From Octopus vulgaris (Eukaryota): 64,000 bases of DNA. The position numbers and the translations under genes were made by a program. Every line of letters starts with the position of its first letter. Position 1 is the first letter of the stretch. The DNA is taken from contig OX597826.1 in the NCBI GenBank assembly GCA_951406725.2, positions 47,430,001 to 47,494,000 of the forward strand. Direction: 5' to 3'. Below are positions 1-12,754 of this stretch, in pieces. A model generated the notes under the pieces. It ran no database searches. It saw nothing but the letters and a program-made list of their open reading frames with translations, and was not told where the DNA came from.

Positions 1-182
1 ACCAAAATGTTGTCATTGCTAATTTGTCATTTGAACGATCGCGTGTTCGAAACTACTCAGAGTAGCAAGTCAGCAGAGTTTTTTTCAAATGAATCCTACG
101 AGTATTGTGCATTTTAACTTGTGCATGCTGTCATCTCTCCCTTTGCAGAAGTCTTCCCACGCGCTATATATATTTTCAAATA

Positions 183-233
<51 letters not shown>

Positions 234-276
234 TCTGCCTTTTCTGCATTACTATTTCATCTTCGACTACGTCGTT

Positions 277-664
277 TACTCTTTCACTCTTTTACTTCTT
301 TCAGTTATTTGACTGCGGCCATGCTGGAGCACTACTTTTAGTCTAAGAAATCGACCTCAGGAATTATTTTTTGTAAGCCTAGTACTTATTCTATCGGTCT
401 CTTTTGCCGAACTGCCATGTTACGAGGCACGTCAAGCGATGGTGGAGGGACAAACACAAATTCACAAATACGCACGCACATACACACATACACACATACA
501 CATATATATGTATGTATACGACGGACTTTATTCAGTTTCCACTCACAAAGCTTTGGTCAGGCCGAGGCTATAGTAGAAGACACTTGCACAAGATGCCACG
601 CAGTAGGACTGAACCTGGAACCATGTGGTTGGGAAGCAAGCTTCTTAACAAACAGCCACGCCTG
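277..664 (-). mobile_element. SINE family A, near full length (tRNA-like head, CORE-like segment, internal microsatellite, GAGTAAAA-type tail)
   Basis: Reverse complement matches the copy at 12546-13026 along its length, from the head GGCTG...GTAAG through the B-box-like GGTTCAGTCC to GCTCCAGCATGGCCGCAGTCAAA and the tail. Confidence 0.9.
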
Positions 665-739
665 TTTGCTGTTTTTCCTTCATTTCTTTTTGTTTCTTTT
701 TTGTGCAGAATGACAACACTAAGGCATTAGTGCCATGTT

Positions 740-1280
740 TTCTCTAGGGAAAATTTATCGGCTCAGCGTACGATAATAAAACCTCAGATTTTATACCTAA
801 CCTTTATTTTCCACTTATTATTTTTTATAACTTGCACCAACTTTGTAACTTGTTCTTTGTAATTGTAGATATTTTCCTCAACTACTAAACCGTTTTCTTT
901 GCCGATTTTCCCCTCTTTCGTCTACCACATTCACATCCTACTCAAATCCAGCTAACCATCAGCACCCTACACCCCCTTCACACAACAGTGTCCACCATGA
1001 GACATCTATTGGCAGTGGTACACTTACACCAATATTCTCTTACATTAGGACACAATATCAGGCTTCTAACACTCTTATTAACCATTCCCCATGGAGTTAT
1101 ATGCTTAGCCGAACACTAAGCTGTCTTTGTTTTTCGGTCCACCACCGTTTTTCCTTTCTCTTTTCTGATGAAGGATTTAATGTCCGAAACGTCAAAAACT
1201 ATTTTCCCTTTTCTGCTCAAAGCGTTGTGAAAACTTATTCCCCTTGAAATTTTCTTCATATTTTCATTGTTGTTCATTCA
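740..1280 (+). mobile_element. Probable Penelope-like element terminal remnant carrying a hammerhead
   Basis: C-rich non-coding stretch, then a minimal hammerhead at 1161-1197, then a T-rich tail ending in microsatellite. Penelope assignment is inferred from the hammerhead type; boundaries are approximate. Confidence 0.45.
1161..1197 (+). ncRNA. Minimal type I hammerhead ribozyme
   Basis: TTTT-CTGATGA-A-GGA(tttaatg)TCC-GAAAC-GTC-AAAA: intact CUGANGA and GAAA boxes, 3-bp stem II, palindromic ACGT stem III, GUC cleavage triplet, U4/A4 stem I. Confidence 0.75.
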
Positions 1281-1459
1281 TCACACACACACACATATAT
1301 ATATATATATGTGTGTGTGTGTGTATACATAATACATATATATTTTAAGTATATAAATAGTTGTGCATGCGTATATATATATATATGTGTGTGTGTGTGG
1401 ATATTTAAGCGCTTATATATATACGTACATGTATACATATGTGTATGCACACAGAGATA

Positions 1460-1529
<70 letters not shown>

Positions 1530-2122
1530 CAAAGATACCTACGAACGTACATACATACGTACATATGTATGTACCTTAATGCATCTGAGCGCGTGTGTAT
1601 ATGATTATACGTATATGTGCTTGCCCGCATATGTGTACGTGTTTGTGAGCGAATGTGTGAAAATGAGTGAGCATGCGTGTAGTGGTAGTTAACCGAGAAG
1701 AAGAAATAGAGACACAGAGGGAGAAGAAAAAAAAAACAAATAAATAACAACAACATACATTGACATTAAATATAGAGAGAATCAAAAGAAAAAAAAAAAC
1801 AGAGTGAAGTGGCTGCTTCCGGACACAAACACACACACACACGTACTCACGCACACACTTGCACGCGCGCACACGCACACACTTGCACGCGCGCACGCGC
1901 ACACACTTACACGCGCGCACACGCATGCACAATATGAGACAGCTGTTGACAGTGATACTCGTATACGAAATCAAACGATTGCTCTCAGCTAACAGCACGC
2001 ATGTAATTTATAGCCATCGCATATGGAATACGTAGGCATGCGCATTTACGCACAGGCGTACACGCGCGCGCGAACAGATAGAAAGAGAGGGATAGCGATA
2101 GAGAGAGAGAGAGAGAGAGACA

Positions 2123-2161
<39 letters not shown>

Positions 2162-2345
2162 CACAGCTCATATAGTGAGGGGACAAAAGTACTAAATACG
2201 TGTAACAGAGTTTATTTATTCTTTCACAGCTAATGATTCATTCAGAATGATTGTGTATACGCATGTATATATATATATGAATATGTGTGCATATATGCTT
2301 AAATGTACGTGTATGTATACACTCACACACACACACACACACATA

Positions 2346-2438
<93 letters not shown>

Positions 2439-2580
2439 AGTGTATATATATATATATATATATACGTATATATATGCGTGTGTATATATATATTTGTATA
2501 TATATATGTATATATCTATGTATATGTTTGTGTGTGTGTGTGTATTTATGTATTGGTATAGTGGTATAGATAGCTATATA

Positions 2581-2626
<46 letters not shown>

Positions 2627-2722
2627 AACAGACATGTATAAAAATGTGATCGGGTATATATTGTTTTATTCTTTTATGCTACTAACTTTCTTCAGTCATT
2701 TGTCTGCGCTTATGCTGGAGCA

Positions 2723-2781
<59 letters not shown>

Positions 2782-2819
2782 CACACATACATGCACATAT
2801 ATGTGTAGAGATATATATG

Positions 2820-2874
<55 letters not shown>

Positions 2875-3474
2875 GTCTCTCTCTCTCTCTCAATATATAT
2901 ATATATTCACTTAGATATACATATATATATATGTACGTACATACGTATATATATATATATGCATATATATGTATATATATATGCATGTACATATATATAT
3001 GCGTATGTAAATATAAACTTATTTATATGCATATGTGCGAGTGTGTGCGTGTGTGTGTGTAAGTACAAATACATATGCGTATATATTTACAAACGCACAC
3101 ACACACATATATACACACATAAGTGGGTGAATATATACTGAAACTAGAATAAGTGGGGCGTCTACTACCATAACACTCATACATGCATACGCACACACAC
3201 ATTCATACACAGACAAACACGCACACACGCACACATACACACATGTACACATACAACCACACGCTTCATCAAATAAACATGCACTAACGTACCTTTATAT
3301 TCTCAAACCCACCTACACACGTTAACACGTATATATATATATATATATATATAAATATGTCGTGGGTGGGTATCCACGTCTATCTTTTTCTATATTCTTT
3401 TATCTCTTTATCTCTTTCACTCTCTCACTTTCCGTGTGAGTGTGTGTATCTACGTATGTATATATGCATGCATG

Positions 3475-3505
<31 letters not shown>

Positions 3506-3529
3506 CATGCATGTATGTATGTATGTATG

Positions 3530-3694
<165 letters not shown>

Positions 3695-3894
3695 CACAGA
3701 CAGACATAAACATGTATTTACGTATAGCGCTGCACACGAAAATTGTCGTTCTGGGTCTGTCTACTCTAGCACCGACGCACTCATATGAAAGACAACGTAC
3801 GCACATCCCATCATCACCACAGAGATATGTACACACACACACATGCAAGCACACACACACACACACACTCACACACACAAACACGTTGCACACG

Positions 3895-3927
<33 letters not shown>

Positions 3928-4054
3928 TTTCCTTTCTGCACTCACATAATCGCAAGCATAATCCCACACCATATGATTGCGGCAGACGTGCCTCCGCAAA
4001 AATTAAGACATATACACACATAGACATTCATCACACACAAACACACACACACAG

Positions 4055-4085
<31 letters not shown>

Positions 4086-4204
4086 CATAATATATATATA
4101 TATACATGTGTGTGTGTGTGTATGTGCGTGTATATATATGTGTGTGTGTTTGTGCATAATTATACAGACACATTTATATTGACATAAACAAAATGAAGCC
4201 GATA

Positions 4205-4795
4205 GTCATGGTGTAATCATATACAAATACACTTGCATACTCTGATGCGCATATATACACCCAATATACATATACGTACTCCCGCAACACACATATTTAT
4301 GTATGTACTGCTTGAGTTTATATTTACGCAAGTCTGTGCTCGTGTGTGTAAGGAGTGCGTGTATGTATACATGTATACATGTATGTACGAGGTTTGTACA
4401 TGGGTTATCCCGAAAGTAAACAAAAGTGGACACAACTAATGCTATAAGGTCGTTTAAACTGCACATATTGGGAACTTTTCCTTTATAGCAATATTCCTCT
4501 TCTTCTCTGTTCTAGACAAATAATGGGTTACAAGTAGAAGCAACATGAAATCATAAAATGGTGCAGGTTGTTCGACTTTAACAAAAGGCAACTGGTTGCT
4601 TATGAAGATGACACTATTGTCATTGTGCAATCATATACAAATACACTTACACATACGAGCACGGACTTATTGACGTATATATAAACTCAAGCGGTACATA
4701 CATAAATATGTGTAATGGGGGAGTACGTATGTATATTGTGTGTATATATGCGCATCGGAGTATGCAAGTGTATTTGTATATGATAACACCATGAC
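4205..4795. repeat. Inverted duplication of about 150 bp (arms 4205-4352 and about 4645-4795)
   Basis: GTCATGGTGTAATCATATACAAATACACTTGCATACTCTGATGCGC... pairs with ...GCGCATCGGAGTATGCAAGTGTATTTGTATATGATAACACCATGAC, with scattered mismatches. Confidence 0.9.
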
Positions 4796-5990
4796 AACTT
4801 TGTCAACGTGCTACACAAATGGATGAAGTGGTTTAAAGAAGGATAAAACCAGCATCGAAGAAGGCATAAAACGAACTGAAAGACCGTTAACTTTGACCAC
4901 TTATACGAATCGTCAGCAAGGTGACGAACTGATTTGCGCAGACAGACGAGTCACATTCAGTAAGTTTGCTTCAACGCTGGACCGTGCTCAGTATGCTCTA
5001 CATAATGTTTTCGAAGTCTTGGTGTATCATAAAATGTGTACAAAGTGAGTATTTTATATCCCGAATGAGATAAAGGTGGAATTTTGTTAAAATCTGCTGG
5101 AAATGTTTGAAGCCAAAGAAAGCCAGAGAAGAGTCGATTGTTGGGGGTTCTCTTTCCGCTTTTTCGGAAAATTGGTTCAATCCGTAGAATGATGTCACAT
5201 CTCTTCTCCATGGCCTAAGATGTTAAAGGGAGCGAGCTGGCAGAAACTTTAGCACGCCGGGCGAAATGCTTAGCGGTATTTCGTTCGACGCTACGTTCTG
5301 AGTTCAAATTCCGCTGAGGTCAACTTTGCCTTTCATCCTTTCGGGGTCGATTAAATAAGTACCAATTATACACTGGGGTCGATATAATCGACTTAATCCG
5401 TTCGTCTGTCCTTGTTTGTCTCCTTTGTGTGTAGCCTCTTGTGGGCAGTAAAGAAATAAGACGTTAGCGATCGACACAGAAAGTTCTGGTGATTGATTTG
5501 GTGTGTAAAAGAGCGTCATTCTTCTTGAGTTTCTGGAACGTGGCTGTATCGCGAACAGCGAGCGTACACTGAAACACACAACAAACTTAAAGAGGAGGAG
5601 ATAAAAACTCTTACGGGAAAGTGATCAAACAAATATCATGTTTACAAACATCTTTGTCAACAAATCAGCCAATCGACAAACTCAGCTGATCATTGATCCT
5701 CCAACTATCTTACAACTTGGATGTGGGAGCCTCTAGATTCCTTCTGCTCGGTCCAATGTAGGACAGACTTCAAGAACAATATTTTGATGGCTCGAGGAGA
5801 AGTGAAAGCGTCTGTGAAGAAGTGGGTACAACAGTGCAGACCTAAGAAGATGCGAGAGTTTCGTTCAAGGAAGAAACAGAGGGAGACTACTTTGGGTAAT
5901 ACATTTGTATGGAAGAAAAGTTTGAACGATCTATGTCAGTTAATAAAAATGTGTACTCAGTTTCGTATTATTTTCGAGGCACACCTTGTG
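4397..5990 (+). mobile_element. Decayed mariner (Tc1/mariner) DNA transposon with transposase pseudogene, interrupted by two insertions
   Basis: Translated remnants in the expected order: VLHKWMKWFKEG (4808-4843), DRRVT (4941-4955), QSVE*CHISSP, VILLEFLERGCIANSER (5515-5565), YNLDVGASRFLLLGPM (5711-5758; compare YSPDLAPSDFHLFGPL), EVKASVKKW. Degenerate TIRs at 4397-4420 and 5967-5990 (15/24 match). About 1.2 kb after removing the inserts. Confidence 0.85.
5226..5460 (+). mobile_element. SINE family B (Nin/Deu-like core) inserted into the mariner
   Basis: GCGAGCTGGCAGAAAC...GAGTTCAAATTCC...GGTCAACTTTGCCTTTCATCCTTTCGGGGTCGATTAAATAAGTACC...GTAAAGAAATA. Flanked by TAAGATGTTA (5216-5225) and TAAGACGTTA (5457-5466), a likely TSD. 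Confidence 0.9.
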
Positions 5991-6015
5991 ATGCACATAT
6001 GTGTATATATATATT

Positions 6016-6049
<34 letters not shown>

Positions 6050-6050
<1 letters not shown>

Positions 6051-6434
6051 AGTAAGAAGTTGCTTCCCAACCACATGATTCAGGGTTCAGTTACACTGCA
6101 TAAGATATTGGGAAAGTGTCTTCTACTATAGCCTTGGGCCAACCAAAGCCTTTTGAGTGAATTTCGTAGACGGAAACTGAAAGAATCCCGTTCTATATAT
6201 ATGTTTATATTTGTGCATGTGTGTGTTTGTTTGTCCTCCAGCCATTGATTGACAACCGATACTGATGCGTTTATTTCCCGCGAAACTTGGCGGTTCGGCG
6301 AAAAAGAGCAATAGAATAAGTTCAAGGCTTACAAAGAATAAGTCCTAGGGTCAATTTCTTCGACTAAACCCCTTAAAGGCGGTGCTCAGCATGGCTACAG
6401 TCAAATGACTGAAACAAGTAAAAGAATAAAAGAA
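6050..6434 (+). mobile_element. SINE family A
   Basis: Matches 12546-13026 from GTAAGAAGTTGCTTCCCAACCACATG to the tail AAGTAAAAGAATAAAAG. Confidence 0.9.
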
Positions 6435-6456
6435 TATATACATACATACACACATA

Positions 6457-6525
<69 letters not shown>

Positions 6526-6691
6526 TAGTTGATAAAAAGACTAATGAGTTAAAAATGAACTACAATCCTTTACTATATTCTTAGCTACATAAGTGGCAAC
6601 ATGGACTCTTTCCGTTTTCTTGCTCTATTAGAACATTTGAGTAAAATTATATTAATGTGTCCAACTGATTAAACATTCTATTTATTTAATT

Positions 6692-6779
6692 ATGCAGCTG
6701 AGGATAGCCCCGCATTTAAATTGATGTAATGATTGCATTGTCCAATTAAATGGAGCCGCTTGAAACTGTCGTACTGCAT
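6692..6779 (+). ncRNA. Type I hammerhead ribozyme with extended stem II, inside a probable Penelope-like remnant (about 6523-6802)
   Basis: ATGCAG-CTGAGGA(6698-6704)-57-nt hairpin containing CATTTAAATTG...CAATTAAATG-GAAAC(6762-6766)-tgtc-GTA-CTGCAT: perfect 6-bp stem I, AC/GT stem III, GUA triplet. Confidence 0.75.
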
Positions 6780-7139
6780 CACCTCTTCATATCTTGTTTT
6801 TGATATATATATATATATATATATATGAGTAACAAAGAAGTAAGGATTACTTTGTTACTCATCTTTATTTTACTCGCCTACCTTGGATTCTGCACATCAG
6901 AAATATTATAGAAATTATTTTTATATAAAGTACATGTCTAAACAACCAAGAGCGGATATCTTTACTAAGTTGGGGCCTGTTGTCTGCATACACTGCAAGA
7001 ATATCCGGTGCAAACACTTCTACACAGAGTTTGATATACATTTGATATTGTTTGGGCGTGCAAATTATTTGGACCTAATAAGATGCTTTAATTTAAGTAC
7101 CTAATTCAACTTAATCTTAACTGTATTTTATATTATATG

Positions 7140-7185
<46 letters not shown>

Positions 7186-7186
<1 letters not shown>

Positions 7187-7287
7187 CACTTGATACAGCC
7201 ACCACCACACGGCACTGATAAAGATATGTATATATATATATATACATATCTTTATCAGTGCTGTGTGGTGGTGGCTGTATCAAGTGC
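7186..7287. repeat. 102-bp near-perfect palindrome centred on (TA)n
   Basis: GCACTTGATACAGCCACCACCACACGGCACTGATAAAGATATGTATA...TATACATATCTTTATCAGTGCTGTGTGGTGGTGGCTGTATCAAGTGC, one mismatch. Confidence 0.95.
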
Positions 7288-8304
7288 ACCTCCACACCCA
7301 ATATCACCAAATTTCAAGCAGTGTTATAACAAAAGTTTTCCATTAAGATTTGTGATTAAATTAATGAGGGAGGTTAATATTTATAATGAATTTGACATTT
7401 TCGATGGGTGTGCAGCGTACACCTAGCACATCCGGAATATAAAACCCTGATCTTTATATGGTAGTATGTACATATATGTGTAATATGTACAAACCTATCT
7501 ATATGCACACATACGCATAAATGTGTGCGTTGTATGTGTGTATATGTGTGTGAGTTTGTACATATGTATGTTCGTATTTGTCCATGATTATATGTACAAA
7601 TGTATATATATATATATCTGTTTGAAGGTGTATTATATACACTTGTACACTGCTCATCTTTGCCGAGATTTGGTAATACCAAAAATAATTACCCATAAAA
7701 TTACAATATTGTGAATAAATTCCTTTCATGAATATCTCCATAAAAAAGTTGTGTAAGCAGCGTTTGTTTCAAAAAGCTTAAGGGTTGAAAACGATGTACT
7801 TATATACACGGCGGATCATAGGCTGGAATAAAAGTGGTAAACTTGCTGAAATTTTCTTTTTGTTTTCTTCATATTTAATGTTAAATATTCATAAATTCAA
7901 TAAACTAGTAACTGACTGCTGGGACCTTACAAAGAATTTCACGGATTTGACAAAATGCCACTTCCTAACTAAACGTCTTGTGTTTCATCAGGAGTTTACG
8001 ATGAATCCCTGCAGTAGGGGAAATCGGCTGCAAAGGGTTATGGCTGGAAAACCAATGATAAAGCCGCAGATGTGTCACGAAAAACAGCTGTAAAACCAAG
8101 TAAAATATTTCGGTAATAATTAAGAAATACATTATTTTCAAAACTGAATTTAACTAATAAAAAGGCAAATGACATATTGATCACATGTGGCACTCAAAAT
8201 ACAATTACATTTACATAAATGCCAATATATATATATATATATATATATACATCTATATATCTCTCTCACTCTCCCCCTCTCTAAATGTATATATACATTC
8301 ATCC

Positions 8305-8335
<31 letters not shown>

Positions 8336-8360
8336 AATGTATGTATGTATGTATACAGAT

Positions 8361-8424
8361 ATACTATATTTGTTCCACGTCCTCGCGTTGTGTTTTTTTT
8401 TGTGCTTTCTTGTTTGGATTAACT
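8361..8424 (+). mobile_element. 3' fragment of the hammerhead-bearing repeat found at 19165-19342
   Basis: TACTATATTTGTTCCACGTCCTCGCGTTGTGTTTTTTT...GGATTAACT matches about 19277-19342. Confidence 0.7.
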
Positions 8425-8677
8425 TTATATACATATAGATATACACTTATCTATATGTATCATATATAGACGTCTACACACACAGTCACACACACATATA
8501 TGCATACCAAAAGCCACATATCAGAGGAGGTTTTAAATAATGGTGTAGCACAGTCAATGGTGGTACCCCAGCATGACCACAGCTTTAGTCCCGAACCTTT
8601 TACAATAATTTAAAGAATATATATATGTGCGTGAATATATATATTTATAAATATATATATATATATATATATATACA

Positions 8678-8718
<41 letters not shown>

Positions 8719-9190
8719 GCATATATATATATATATATGCGTGTGTATGTATGTGTGTGTGTGTCTGTGAGTATGTTTAAAAACATATATAATATATGAA
8801 TTATCGAACTACGTATCGATATCTACCTATCTATCCATATGTATGTATTTATATATTTAAATTATACATACATGTACCTAAAATTGTGTAAATATGTATA
8901 TACACACATGTACATGTGTGCTTTTGTGCACGTGCGGGTGTGAATGCACATACCATTAAATAAATATCGATTATGTCACCTAATTTTCATACAACTTAAA
9001 TTTAATGCATATTAGCAGTGGGAACGTGGTATGTCAAAATTCTTGTACATGAGTGAACAGGTAAAGATGTCATAAGCCAAAGTGGGTCACGTAATATAGG
9101 CTATCAGCAGATAACCAGAAGAGCTTTTACACACGAAAACGAATGCATACTGCGTATATAGATATATCTCTATGTATGTGCGTAAATATG

Positions 9191-9478
9191 TGGAGGCACA
9201 TGGCCTAGTGGGAAGAGCAGCGGACTCGCGAGTTCGAATCTCAGACCGGACGATGTGCGTGTTTATGAGCGAAACACCTAAGCTCCACACGGCTCCGGCA
9301 GAAGGTAATGGCGAACTTCTGCTGACTCTTTCGCCACAACTTTATCTCACTCTATTCGCCTGCATCTTGCAGCTCACCTGCGACGGATAGACGTTCTGCC
9401 CGGATGGGGAACCTATACGCCAAGGAAACCAGGAAACCGGCCCCTATGAGCTAAGCTTGGTTCGAGAAGGAACAAATA
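9191..9478 (+). mobile_element. tRNA-derived SINE family D
   Basis: A-box-like TGGCCTAGTGG and B-box GAGTTCGAATCTC, followed by a distinct body and an A-rich end GAGAAGGAACAAATAA; embedded in microsatellite. Confidence 0.7.
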
Positions 9479-9879
9479 ATACGTAAATATGTATGGATGT
9501 ATGCATATATTTACGTATGTACGCGTGCACGTATGTATATATATATATATACACACGCACACGCACACACATATACATATACGTACATACATACACGCAC
9601 GCACATATACACACATATATATATACATCGACTTTTAATCTGTTAGTCTTTTATTTTGTTCAATGCTAGAACAGTGGCCATGTTGGGGCACCACATTAAT
9701 CCTGACACACACACATATACACATACACAGGCACATACTCTCACACACACACAAACTCACTCACATACAGACATACAGACGCACATTAGCTTATATTTAA
9801 CTGTGTAAATCCGTAAATAGAAGAATATTATATATGTGTGTGTGTGTGTGTATGTATGAATCCATACTTTGAAACATAT

Positions 9880-9955
<76 letters not shown>

Positions 9956-10268
9956 GCATGTGTGTGTATACATATACGTGTGTATGTATTTATGCAAACG
10001 TAAACGTGTGGTTGTTTCTGTTAGTGAACATGCGTGTGTAGTATTTTTCTCTTTTTCGGATGGATAAATTAAAAATCGCCCTGACTAAATTTGTACTAAT
10101 TAATAAATTGACTAATGTGATTTTACACATTGGTAGATATATATGGTATGCGCATATACACAAAACCACTCTTTTATTCACAACCACTGTCATAAATACA
10201 CAAGTGCACTCAGACACAGATATCCATATATAAACACACACAAACAGACGTACACTTCATGTAACGTT

Positions 10269-10311
<43 letters not shown>

Positions 10312-10322
10312 GTATATATATA

Positions 10323-10363
<41 letters not shown>

Positions 10364-10370
10364 ATATAAT

Positions 10371-10772
10371 TAGCTTGCTTATCAATCACATGCTTCCAGG
10401 TTCACGTGGTATCTTGGACAGGTGTCTTCTACTATCGCCTCAGGCCGACCAAAGCCTCGTGAGTGGATTTTGTAAGACGGAAACTGAAAGAAGCCTGTCT
10501 TATATATACATATACGTATCTATCTATCTATCTATATATATATATATATACGTATGTGTGTATGTTTGTGCGTCTTTGTTTATACCCCCGCCATCGCTTG
10601 ACAACCGATGTTGGTGTGTTTACGTCCCCGTTACTTAACGGTTCCGCAAAAGACCCCGATAGAATACTACTAGGCGCGCAAAGAATAAGTCCTGGGGTCG
10701 ATTTGTTCGTCTAAAGGCGGTGCTCCAGCATGGCCGTAGTTAAATGACTGAAACAAATAAATGAATAAAAGA
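10371..10772 (+). mobile_element. SINE family A
   Basis: Both halves present with an internal (TA)/(TATC) tract. Confidence 0.88.
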
Positions 10773-11196
10773 AAAATGAATATATATACGGATATATATA
10801 TACATACATATATGTGGGGCGGGGTATTTATATATATATATGTGTGTGAGTGTGTATGTCTGTGTATGTGTGTATGCATGTGTGTGTGTCGACACGGAGA
10901 AAAGGAGAAGGAGGTTGAGAGGGGGTGAGGGGAGTGAGAGAGACTTGTAAGAAAACATTCAAAGGAAAATGATTGCTTATGAGGTAAATCTACTTGAGTG
11001 CTGCTGGAAGTTCCTAGTTTCCGGTCCCGCGTTTATGCTCCACATTTACATGTTCGTGAGTATGTGTATATATGGACATATATGCGTGTGTGTTTGTTTG
11101 TGTGTGTGTGTGTGTATGTGAGTACCTGTGTATGTATGCACGAATAAACGTATCCCTATATGTATACATGCATATATATGTGTGTATATAAATATA

Positions 11197-11266
<70 letters not shown>

Positions 11267-11279
11267 CTTTTTTTCTTTT

Positions 11280-11482
11280 ATTCTTTCACTTGTTTCAGTC
11301 ATTTGACTGCGGCCATGCTAGAGTATCGTATTTTCTCGAGCAAATCGACCGCATGACTTATTCTTTGTAAGCCTAATTATTTATTCTATCGATCTTTTTT
11401 TGCCGAACCGCTAGTTTACATAGAAGTAAACACACCAGCATTTGTTGTGAAGATGATGGTGGAGGAACAAACACAGACGCAC
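11280..11482 (-). mobile_element. SINE family A, 3' half
   Basis: CTTGTTTCAGTCATTTGACTGCGGCCATGC...GCCGAACCGCTA...ACAAACACAGAC. Confidence 0.85.
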
Positions 11483-11591
11483 GACTATACACACACACAC
11501 ACACACCTGAGTAAAATGACTGCAAGATCATGAGGAAGGACTTTAAAAATCACTTGAGGAAGCGCATTTTAACTTTAGATTATAACAATTA

Positions 11592-11649
<58 letters not shown>

Positions 11650-11669
11650 ATTATATATATATATGTATT

Positions 11670-11701
<32 letters not shown>

Positions 11702-11739
11702 CATATGCATTTATATATACATCAATATTTGTACGTTTT

Positions 11740-11919
11740 TGTGCCTGTGTTTGTACCCCCATCACTGCTTGAGGCCCCGTAATCTAGAAGTTCGGCTTAA
11801 GCAACCGATAGAATAAGTACTAGGCTTACAAAGAATAAGTCGATTTGCTCGACTAAAGGCAGTGCTCTAGCATAGCTGCAGCAAATGACTAAAACGGGTA
11901 AAAGGATAAACAAATAAAA

Positions 11920-11921
<2 letters not shown>
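11740..11921 (+). mobile_element. SINE family A, degenerate 3' half
   Basis: GATAGAATAAGTACTAGGCTTACAAAGAATAAGTCGATTTGCTCGACTAAAGGC. Confidence 0.8.
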
Positions 11922-11967
<46 letters not shown>

Positions 11968-12267
11968 GTAGTAGATAGATTGAAAAACGTCTGGTATGTA
12001 TACGTGAACACCGTTGCATGTATATGAAAATCCATGCTGTAATAAGCATATATACACACATCAAAGAAGATTAAATGTCCTTCCCGAACCATAGGGTTAG
12101 CGAAACGCTAAACGTATGGAGATGTAAACATACCAACACCGTTAGAAAACTGTGAGAAAGTGACGAATGCAAAGACACACACGCATATATGTATATGCAC
12201 ATATATACAAACATTCATGTATTTATACAGTAATATACATATGTGTATGTGTGTATACGTGTGTATG

Positions 12268-12530
12268 TGAAGGCACGTGGGTTAGTAGTTAGGACGTTGC
12301 ACACACGCTCGCTAGATTGCGGTTTCGATTCCCGGACCGAACAGCTCGTTGTGCTCTTGATCGAGGAAAACTCTCCCGATGCTCCGGTTCTCTCAGCTGC
12401 AAATGGGTAACCCTGAGACGGACTAGCTTTCCGCCTAGCACCATTCAAAAGCTAAAGCTATGCGAAGCGCATTATGACCGGCGATGTATAACCACATCCG
12501 ACGTCTGATTGATCACGATTACATGATATA
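12268..12530 (+). mobile_element. Old tRNA-derived SINE (head related to family C, different tail)
   Basis: TGAAGGCACGTGGGTTAGTAGTTAGG, B-box TTTCGATTCCCGGACCG, then GTTGTGCTCTTGA...CTCAGCTGCAAATGGGTA. Confidence 0.65.
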
Positions 12531-12545
12531 TCATATGATATATAT

Positions 12546-12712
12546 AGGCGTTGGAGTGGCTGTGTGGTAAGTAGGTTGATTACCAGCCACTTGGTTCCGA
12601 GTTCAGTCCCACTGCGTGGTACCTTATGCAAGTGTCTTCTACTATAGCCTCGGGCAGACCAAAAACATTGTGGGTGGATTTGGTAGACGGAAACTGAAAG
12701 AAGCCCGTCGTA

Positions 12713-12754
<42 letters not shown>

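Noticed and set aside
404-730. Recurrent peptide ...[22 protein letters not shown]... in several ORFs
   Set aside because: Antisense translation of SINE family A.
5721-6131. 136-aa ORF as an intact gene
   Set aside because: Chimera of a frameshifted mariner C-terminus, microsatellite and SINE.
7785-8093. 102-aa non-repetitive ORF
   Set aside because: Non-ATG start, AT-rich, no recognisable domain.
7920-8100. CTGATGA on the minus strand and AAACAGCTGTA on the plus strand
   Set aside because: The boxes cannot be joined with paired stems; it may be a decayed Penelope-like relic but is unsupported.
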